A stretch of 64,000 bases of DNA, taken from positions 2,272,001 through 2,336,000 of the forward strand of contig OY760505.1 of assembly GCA_963663545.1 (NCBI GenBank), given 5' to 3'. The DNA comes from Candidatus Delongbacteria bacterium (GTDB lineage: Bacteria; CAIWAD01). The stretch's first letter is position 1, and every line of letters begins with the position of its first letter. Position numbers and translations under genes: made by a program. Shown in pieces: positions 57,752 through 64,000 of this stretch. Under the pieces are notes generated by a model. It saw nothing but the letters and a program-made list of their open reading frames with translations, did not search any database and was not told where the DNA came from.

Positions 57752-60568
57752 TTAGTTTGCAGCGATAACCCTGAATTGCCACACGCCCTCGGTAATCGCT
57801 GAAGTCCATGAAGGCTCGGTTACTGTGGCTACGTTCGTCCATGTACCTTGCGAATCACAACGTTGAACATGGTAGCGCGCAGCCGCTGGAACAGCTGTCC
57901 AATTCAGTATGAATTGACCCCGCGCCGTCTGCGTGATACGCAGGTCGCTTACAGCGTGCAGACTAATGGGTGACTCCAGCAAACCTGTTGTGAACAAAAC
58001 GCAATCGCCCGATGCAGGCAGAGGATTGGTTTCTGGTTCCAGTGTGGGATTACCCACGTACCAAGTAAGGCCGTCGGTTCCCAAAGGACTCTCAATGCCG
58101 ATGGCCGCATAGGTAGTGTTGGAAACAGTCTGGTGTTGCATCAGAATGCTGCCGTCACCTGTAATAGAAGCGTGCTCGGTTGGATCGTACAGGATCACCT
58201 GGAAGGTCTCAAATGCGGTGACGGGCAGGTACTGGCGGATGTTGTTGTACTCAATGATGAAGCGTCCGCCACTTTCATCGTACCATGTGCTGATGTGACC
58301 GCTCTCTTCCACCTCGCAGGTCAGGTCTTCCCAGAAGGGGGCGATCATGGCCGACGGGCCTTCACTGGGGTCGCCAAAGCCATGGCCCACGCGAGTCGTT
58401 TCGCTTGTCTCACCAAGCGCAACCCAGCCGTTTGTACAAATGGAAATGCGATCGAAGACTTCGCCGTAATACACGAACTCAAAGGGCAGATCCATCTGAA
58501 GTGTCTGATTGCGCAGCGTGAAGGGCAGTGCCTCTCCCGGGCCAGCGGCAGCTGGATCAATCGTAGTCCAGTCGTAGGCGGCGCGATTGTGTGACTGAAG
58601 ATTCAACGCCAGTCCTTCTTCAACCATGTTGACAATAGCCATTGCCGTTTTTGTGTCCTCGGGGCCATAAGCGAAGTAGCCGTATTCATCAGGGCCGGCC
58701 GGTGATTGTATCACCTCGCTCACTGGCCCCTCGGCGACGACCAGCCAGGGTGTTCCCACGGGAAGCGCCATTTCGTAGTATCCATTAGCATCTGCTTCAA
58801 CTGGATCGAAAGGCGTGTCCAGTGCTTTTACCGCAGCGCCCGGCATCGCCTCACCGTAAGCGTCAAGAGCGTAGCCGTGTAACACGCCACTTGGAGCTAG
58901 CTGGAGGGTAATTGCAATTGTTGTGGTGCTGTCGTTGCCCACTGCTATTTCCACCGTCTGCGGCAGATAACCCAGCCGCGAGAAACTGAACTCGTGTTCA
59001 CCGGCGGGAAGCATGAAAGAGAAATCTCCGAACTCGCCCGTCGTTGCGTAGGGAATCCCCTCGCTATGCTCAACGTACACTCCGCTCAGGGGTGCATTCG
59101 TGTCTGCATCGCGTACCGATCCTATCACGGTGCCGTAACCGCTCATGGCCGACAGCACCGCTTCGTAGGCATTGACAATGCCGTGGCCATAGGTGTTGTC
59201 ATCGCCGGGTGTGCCCAGATCCGACGCTGTATCCATCAGGATCTGCTTGATTGTGATTACGTCCAGATTGGGATTCGCACTGCGCATCAAGCCCACAACA
59301 CCGGCCACGTGCGGGCCCGCCATTGAGGTCCCGTCCATAGTTGTATACCCACCACCCGGGTAGGAGCTGTAGATGTTGCTTCCCGGCGCCATGACTTCCG
59401 GCTTGATCGAATACGTGCCACAAGCATCGGGCGCTGGACCGCGGCTGGAGAAATCACTCACGTAGTAGGGACTTGAGTACGAGGTTGAACCCACACTGAA
59501 GCAGTTGTACTCAGTAGTAGCACGATTTCCCGGGCTGCGCAGAGTCTGTGAACTTGGGCCCTCATTGCCAGCAGACCATGTGACACAAACACCGGCCGCT
59601 TCGCAGTTATCGATCGCGTTCCACCAGCGGGAGTCACACGCCGAATAGCCCATTGAGGTCGTCACGCCCCATGAGTTTTGTATCACATCAGGAACGTCTT
59701 CTATCGTCTCGGGAAAACCGTCCGGGTCGGTGAACCATTCGTAGGCGGTCAGGACATCGGTGTCGAAACCGCTGCTGACGCCTTGATCAATGGCGTTGCA
59801 GGCAATCCACTGTGCACCTGGGCAGACACCGATGGAGTCATTGGGTGCCTGGCCAGTAATGGTTCCCATCACGTGAGTTCCGTGGCCGCCGTTGTCAACG
59901 GGAAAAGTGGTGCCGCCACCAAGCACGTCCTTCCAACACTGAGCAGCCGGGGCACTAAGACCACGCCAGCGTGATGCAAGCGCCGGGTGATCGCCGTCCA
60001 CACCAGTATCCAGGTTGGCTACAAGCGCTCCGTTTCCCCAAATGCCGAGCTCGTACCACACGCGTTCTGCTTCTATGGCATCAATGCCGGGAGCCAGCCC
60101 GATCTCTCTCGTTCCTGTATCACGCTGTGCAACGGGCTCTATCAGTTCCGGCACTAGATTGGGCTCGATTATGTCTACCTGGTCCAGCTCAGCTAGAGCC
60201 GACAGGTGATACACGCGCGTTTTCAGCACAATCGAATTAAGCAGCCAGTGCGGTGTCACATCGCTGATCTGCCCTTGCTTTTCAGCCTGTGCCAGCGTTT
60301 CCAGCAGTGCGGGCTGCGTTTCCGCGGCGAGTGCCTGCAAGCGTTCGACGACAACGCGATGGCGTTCGGCCAGCGGAGCTTTTTTGTAATGCAGCTCCCA
60401 ATCGAGCGATTGTGTATCTACCTGATCCTTCAGGACGATCAGCACTTTTACCCAGTCCTGATCCTTCATACCTACAATCTGCTGCTCAAGGCTGGAGTGC
60501 AGGCTGCCGGCCAGCAACGTTCCAGCCAGACCCACCACCAGGGCTGGCGCAAGAAATCGTTTGTGCAT
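57752..60568 (-). CDS. Secreted S8 serine peptidase (bacillopeptidase F-like) with carboxypeptidase-regulatory-like and terminal FN3-like domains
   Basis: Signal peptide; catalytic triad 'LDTG', 'HGTHVMG', 'GTSMAGPH'. Confidence 0.92.
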   Translation of the reverse strand: MHKRFLAPALVVGLAGTLLAGSLHSSLEQQIVGMKDQDWVKVLIVLKDQVDTQSLDWELHYKKAPLAERHRVVVERLQALAAETQPALLETLAQAEKQGQISDVTPHWLLNSIVLKTRVYHLSALAELDQVDIIEPNLVPELIEPVAQRDTGTREIGLAPGIDAIEAERVWYELGIWGNGALVANLDTGVDGDHPALASRWRGLSAPAAQCWKDVLGGGTTFPVDNGGHGTHVMGTITGQAPNDSIGVCPGAQWIACNAIDQGVSSGFDTDVLTAYEWFTDPDGFPETIEDVPDVIQNSWGVTTSMGYSACDSRWWNAIDNCEAAGVCVTWSAGNEGPSSQTLRSPGNRATTEYNCFSVGSTSYSSPYYVSDFSSRGPAPDACGTYSIKPEVMAPGSNIYSSYPGGGYTTMDGTSMAGPHVAGVVGLMRSANPNLDVITIKQILMDTASDLGTPGDDNTYGHGIVNAYEAVLSAMSGYGTVIGSVRDADTNAPLSGVYVEHSEGIPYATTGEFGDFSFMLPAGEHEFSFSRLGYLPQTVEIAVGNDSTTTIAITLQLAPSGVLHGYALDAYGEAMPGAAVKALDTPFDPVEADANGYYEMALPVGTPWLVVAEGPVSEVIQSPAGPDEYGYFAYGPEDTKTAMAIVNMVEEGLALNLQSHNRAAYDWTTIDPAAAGPGEALPFTLRNQTLQMDLPFEFVYYGEVFDRISICTNGWVALGETSETTRVGHGFGDPSEGPSAMIAPFWEDLTCEVEESGHISTWYDESGGRFIIEYNNIRQYLPVTAFETFQVILYDPTEHASITGDGSILMQHQTVSNTTYAAIGIESPLGTDGLTWYVGNPTLEPETNPLPASGDCVLFTTGLLESPISLHAVSDLRITQTARGQFILNWTAVPAAARYHVQRCDSQGTWTNVATVTEPSWTSAITEGVWQFRVIAAN

Positions 60569-60796
60569 GGTACCCTCAACTCTCTCCGACACGCCCGCAT
60601 GCGGCACGTGGCAGAACTACTAATGATGCACCGCACGAATGCTTGCGGCGCGAAGTCCTTGCATAGTAGCATGTTCAAAGCACGCTTCACAGAAGAAGAG
60701 TTGCATTTGGCAAAGCTGGCGCAAAGGGCTTCCGGCAATACTCACTGCAGTTTGCACTCCCCCGCTGCTTTGTCACCTTAGTCCATGGGAGGCGCC

Positions 60797-61261
60797 ATGC
60801 ATCTGGTTTTTGTCTGTAGCGGCAACATTTGTCGCAGTCCGGCCGCGGAGGCTTTGTTTCTACTGCATGCGGCCAAGCTGGCTGTACCACATACAGCGAC
60901 GTCCTGCGGCACACTGCGAATTTCCGGCGAGCCGGCCGCGCCCTTTACGATTCGTGCGCTTTCTGAGCGCGGCGTGGATCTCCGCGCTCACCGCAGTCGC
61001 GCCATGAGCTATTTTCTGTTGCGCGAGGCCGATCTGATCCTCTGTATGGAGCCACATCATCGCGACGCGGTGCTGGCGGAGTTGGGCGGCGACTTGGACC
61101 TCGTGCAGTTCGGTGTGCGAGTTATGACTGAATTTCATCTACGTGACGAATTTCGCAATGATGCCGGCATCTACGATTTTGTTCAAGCGGAATGGCCCGA
61201 ATACTCTGCCGGAATTGACGAACTGGAACTCTGCATCAAGGGGCTGTTAGCTCTCTTGTAG
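60797..61261 (+). CDS. Low-molecular-weight protein tyrosine/arginine phosphatase
   Basis: P-loop 'VCSGNICRS'; 'ADLILCME..H'. Confidence 0.88.
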   Translation: MHLVFVCSGNICRSPAAEALFLLHAAKLAVPHTATSCGTLRISGEPAAPFTIRALSERGVDLRAHRSRAMSYFLLREADLILCMEPHHRDAVLAELGGDLDLVQFGVRVMTEFHLRDEFRNDAGIYDFVQAEWPEYSAGIDELELCIKGLLALL

Positions 61262-61336
61262 TACTGAATTAGCCTGGCTCAGTGGCCGATACTGCCAAAC
61301 GGTCCATCAGTAGTACCACGCAACCGGGCAGTTTGT

Positions 61337-62548
61337 ATGATTCTGATTCCTGACATGGCCCACGCCGATCCTGCATCCACCAATTCGCTGCGTGCTGCCT
61401 GCTGCGACCGCTTCGACGTTAAGCTGATCGAGATGGTCTTGCAGGCCAAGTTGGAATGGCAGCAGGTCATTGACGCCCTTCCTTATCCAATGGTGCTGAG
61501 CGATCCCGAGGGGAACATCATCCGCGGTAATCTGGCGACGGTGTCCGGAAACATGGACCAGGTTCGCTTGCTACCCGGCAAACGGGTCGCCGCTCCGGTA
61601 GCTCAATTGGCAGAAGAGGTCATTGCGAGTGGAGTGATGGAGCGTCGCCATTTGCGGGCCTGCAATATCCTGCAGGATACCGATCTGGACACGCCGCGTT
61701 ACGAAGCCGCCGAGCTGGTGAGCTGGCCCATTCAGGACGAAAGTGGTAAGGTCGAACGCTTGGCGCACTATCTCGTAGATCAAACAGCGCTTTACCGCCT
61801 TGAACAGCAGCTTATCGAGCGCAACCGCATGGCTGCCATCGGGCTGCTTGCATCGGGAATTGCCCACAATGTCAACGGACCCCTGCAGGGCATGATTGCC
61901 CAATTGCAGTTGCTAGAACTGCGCATGGAGGAAGAGGGCGATCCTGATGAGCGTGTTGTGGCGCTGGGCGGAGACGACTTGGACAGCTTGCAGGAGCTGA
62001 CCAATCGCATGCGCGGCATTCTGCACAGCCTCATGCTGAAGTTGCGAAATGAGCATAACAGCGAACCGATGCCCGTCAATCTGAACCAGCTGATGGAGAC
62101 CGAGCTCGAGGTGCTGAATGCCAACATGGTATTCAAGCATCAGGTTGAACGACATCTAGCGCTTGATCCGGCACTTGAACCCGTGATTGGCGTTTACGCG
62201 GATCTGTCTCAGGGTATAATGAACATTGTCTACAATGCGCTGGATGCCATGCACGACCGGGAACCGAAGATATTGACCATTCGCAGCGAACGTCTGGACG
62301 ATGGCCAAAACCTCTTGAGCATTCGCGACACGGGCTGCGGCATCCCGCCGGAGCTGCACCACCGCATTTTTCAGCCCTTCTTTACCACCAAGGCGGTCGT
62401 TGGACACGCTGGAGAAGGCAGTCCAACAGGCACAGGTTTGGGTATGAGCTCCGCGAGTCACTTGCTGGGCAAGTACGGAATTCGTGTCGAGTTCAGTAGC
62501 CAAGTCGATGTTGGCACGGAGTTTAGACTCTTTTGGCGGGGGGAATAA
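61337..62548 (+). CDS. Cytoplasmic PAS-containing histidine kinase
   Basis: 'GLLASGIAHNVNGPL', 'NALDAM', 'DTGCGI', 'FQPFFTTK', 'GTGLG'. Confidence 0.9.
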   Translation: MILIPDMAHADPASTNSLRAACCDRFDVKLIEMVLQAKLEWQQVIDALPYPMVLSDPEGNIIRGNLATVSGNMDQVRLLPGKRVAAPVAQLAEEVIASGVMERRHLRACNILQDTDLDTPRYEAAELVSWPIQDESGKVERLAHYLVDQTALYRLEQQLIERNRMAAIGLLASGIAHNVNGPLQGMIAQLQLLELRMEEEGDPDERVVALGGDDLDSLQELTNRMRGILHSLMLKLRNEHNSEPMPVNLNQLMETELEVLNANMVFKHQVERHLALDPALEPVIGVYADLSQGIMNIVYNALDAMHDREPKILTIRSERLDDGQNLLSIRDTGCGIPPELHHRIFQPFFTTKAVVGHAGEGSPTGTGLGMSSASHLLGKYGIRVEFSSQVDVGTEFRLFWRGE

Positions 62549-62575
62549 TCAAAGTGGGTCAGTCGGCCAGGCGGT

Positions 62576-62752
62576 CTAGGCGCTTTGCTCGTTTGTCGAG
62601 GAGCTCGAGGGCCTGTTGTCCAGTGGCGGTCTCAGCGGTCCTTCACCGTGTCGTAACAAAGCTCTCAGCATATCCGCCTGCGTCGCATCTCCGCTAGCCT
62701 CTGCTGCGTGTATCAGGCGCTCCAACTCACGATCTCGCAATCCACCACTCAT
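62576..62752 (-). CDS. Small hypothetical protein (about 58 aa)
   Basis: GAGGG RBS-like sequence upstream of ATG 62752; 'MSGGLRDRELERLIHAAEASGD...'. Confidence 0.4.
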   Translation of the reverse strand: MSGGLRDRELERLIHAAEASGDATQADMLRALLRHGEGPLRPPLDNRPSSSSTNEQSA

Positions 62753-62937
62753 GCTGTCAACACCCTCGTTTTTTTCTGGTGTGAAGTGGTAACAGTCCAT
62801 GGCAGAAAGATACTCTCCTTTGTTCACAATTCCATCAGAGCAATCACGAATCGTTACGTGAAGTGTTATGTATTCTCGCGTGATCGCCTGAGGTCCGGCT
62901 AAAGCGCCGGTTCTTCTGACAAGTCGCAGTATAAGCC

Positions 62938-62974
62938 GAAGCGCTTTCAGTTCGAACGCGAAGTGCTTTCAGTT
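62938..62974. repeat. Direct repeat GAAGYGCTTTCAGTT x2, 22-bp period
   Basis: 62938-62952 and 62960-62974, one mismatch, intergenic. Confidence 0.6.
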
Positions 62975-63133
62975 TGGCGCGTGCTGCTGTTTCCTTCGCC
63001 TCTTTGTCTGTTTCGGCCTTCCTAGTAGAAAACACAGCATCGTGCTACGCAAATGGTGTGAAATGAAGTGCCAGTCTGCCGATACTCCCCGGCTTTCCTT
63101 ACTCTTATGCCCATGACTGAAAAGCAGCATAGC

Positions 63134-64000
63134 ATGGTTGACGCCGACAGCCTCTCCGTTCTGGAAATGGACCGGCTGCTTGAGTGGGTTTCGCAGTATG
63201 CGGCCAGCGCTGAAGCCCAGCGGGCACTGCGTGCCAGTGAGTTTTCGTTGTCACGCGAGTGGATTGAGGCCGAGTTGCTCCTGGTGGGCGAGCTTCGCGA
63301 GATCCTGGAGCATCGCGAGGGTTTTGGCTTCTCGGCTTTGGCTGATGCGACGACGGCACTGCGTCATTTGCTTGAGGGCGGCGATTGGCTGAATGGACGT
63401 GAATTGAATGCCGTCGCGGCCTTTCTGGAGCTTTGCGCACGTATTCGTGAGTTTGCTGACCATGAATCGCAGGGCTTTCCCGCGCTCTTTGCAGCCGCGG
63501 AGGGCTTGGTGGCCCAGCCGGAGGAAGAGCGACGCATTCGACGACAAATTGGCGAAGACGGCGAACTGAAGGATAGCGCATCGCCCGAGTTGGCCCATCT
63601 TCGTCACAGCCTGGGGCGCGAGGAGAATCGCCTGCGTTCGGAGCTGGATCGCGTCGAGCAGAAATGGCGGCAGCAGGGCCTGTTGGGTGATACAGGGCTG
63701 TCCTGGCGAGACGGGCATCCAGTATTGCCGGTACCGGCGGGAAGTGCTGGGCGAGTGCAGGGGCTTGTGGTGGATCAGAGCCAGACCGGGCGCACCTTTT
63801 TTGTGGAGCCCATGGTGAGCCTGGAAATCCGCGGCAAAATAAACCGACTGCAGATTGAGCTGCATCAGGAAGAAGCGCGCTTGCTGCGTGAACTGAGTGA
63901 GGGGCTGCGTCAGCACGGCAAGGAGCTGAATCACGCACTTCGGTTGCTGATTCGCCTGGATTCGGTCTCGGCCAAAGCAGCCTGGGGGCGTGCGGTCAAT
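63134..64000 (+). CDS. mutS2: Endonuclease MutS2, 3'-truncated by the window edge
   Basis: 'MVDADSLSVLEMDRLLE...KDSASPEL...RDGHPVLPV...VVDQSQTGRTFFVEP...EEARLLREL'; frame stays open to the end of the window. Confidence 0.88.
   Translation, partial: MVDADSLSVLEMDRLLEWVSQYAASAEAQRALRASEFSLSREWIEAELLLVGELREILEHREGFGFSALADATTALRHLLEGGDWLNGRELNAVAAFLELCARIREFADHESQGFPALFAAAEGLVAQPEEERRIRRQIGEDGELKDSASPELAHLRHSLGREENRLRSELDRVEQKWRQQGLLGDTGLSWRDGHPVLPVPAGSAGRVQGLVVDQSQTGRTFFVEPMVSLEIRGKINRLQIELHQEEARLLRELSEGLRQHGKELNHALRLLIRLDSVSAKAAWGRAVN

Larger units (their letters stand above)
57..63693. repeat. Dispersed over-represented heptamer GTGATAC/GTATCAC (family GTRWYAC), about 100 copies
   Basis: Manual scan. 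Examples at 57, 708, 2257, 4410, 5821, 8238, 14270+14278, 19299, 24034, 31904, 45481, 46524, 54057, 56882, 63687. Confidence 0.9.

Noticed and set aside
57..63693. GTGATAC as a CRP half-site, parS, matS or Chi/KOPS
   Set aside because: It is mostly intragenic, lacks the TGTGA-N6-TCACA spacing, does not match the parS or matS consensus, and occurs abundantly on both strands rather than being strongly polarised.

Overview
A 64 kb chromosomal stretch from a moderately GC-rich Gram-negative bacterium. T9SS-type C-terminal domains, FlgD domains and PorV-like genes suggest an FCB-superphylum candidate lineage; this is inference. Most genes lie on the + strand. Contents in order: a T9SS-associated cluster; an IDH/IPMDH-family dehydrogenase; a degenerate pdxJ; tnaA; fbp-ppdK; LPS/EPS glycosyltransferases; rlmN; murE-murD-murI; a YtrA-type GntR-ABC operon; a TonB receptor-YfiR-hybrid kinase module; a SatD cassette; a GH57-based starch/maltodextrin locus with a fused MalE-MalF; amrS; zntB; an S8 protease; and the 5' part of mutS2. 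I recognised no rRNA, tRNA, CRISPR array or transposase. Top observations: (1) the 7-mer GTGATAC/GTATCAC (degenerate palindrome GTRWYAC) occurs about 100 times by manual count versus about 6-8 expected, reminiscent of HIP1 or DNA-uptake sequences; (2) the ORF track misses a secreted thioredoxin-like selenoprotein with an in-frame TGA in a UxxC motif, a SECIS-like hairpin and a T9SS CTD; (3) three secreted proteins share a second, non-canonical C-terminal domain; (4) the SatD/membrane-protein cassette is bracketed by paired palindromes with the same 29-bp spacing on both sides; (5) several probable pseudoenzymes; (6) PPDK carries a histone H1-like tail. All counts and family assignments were made by eye, with no database search.
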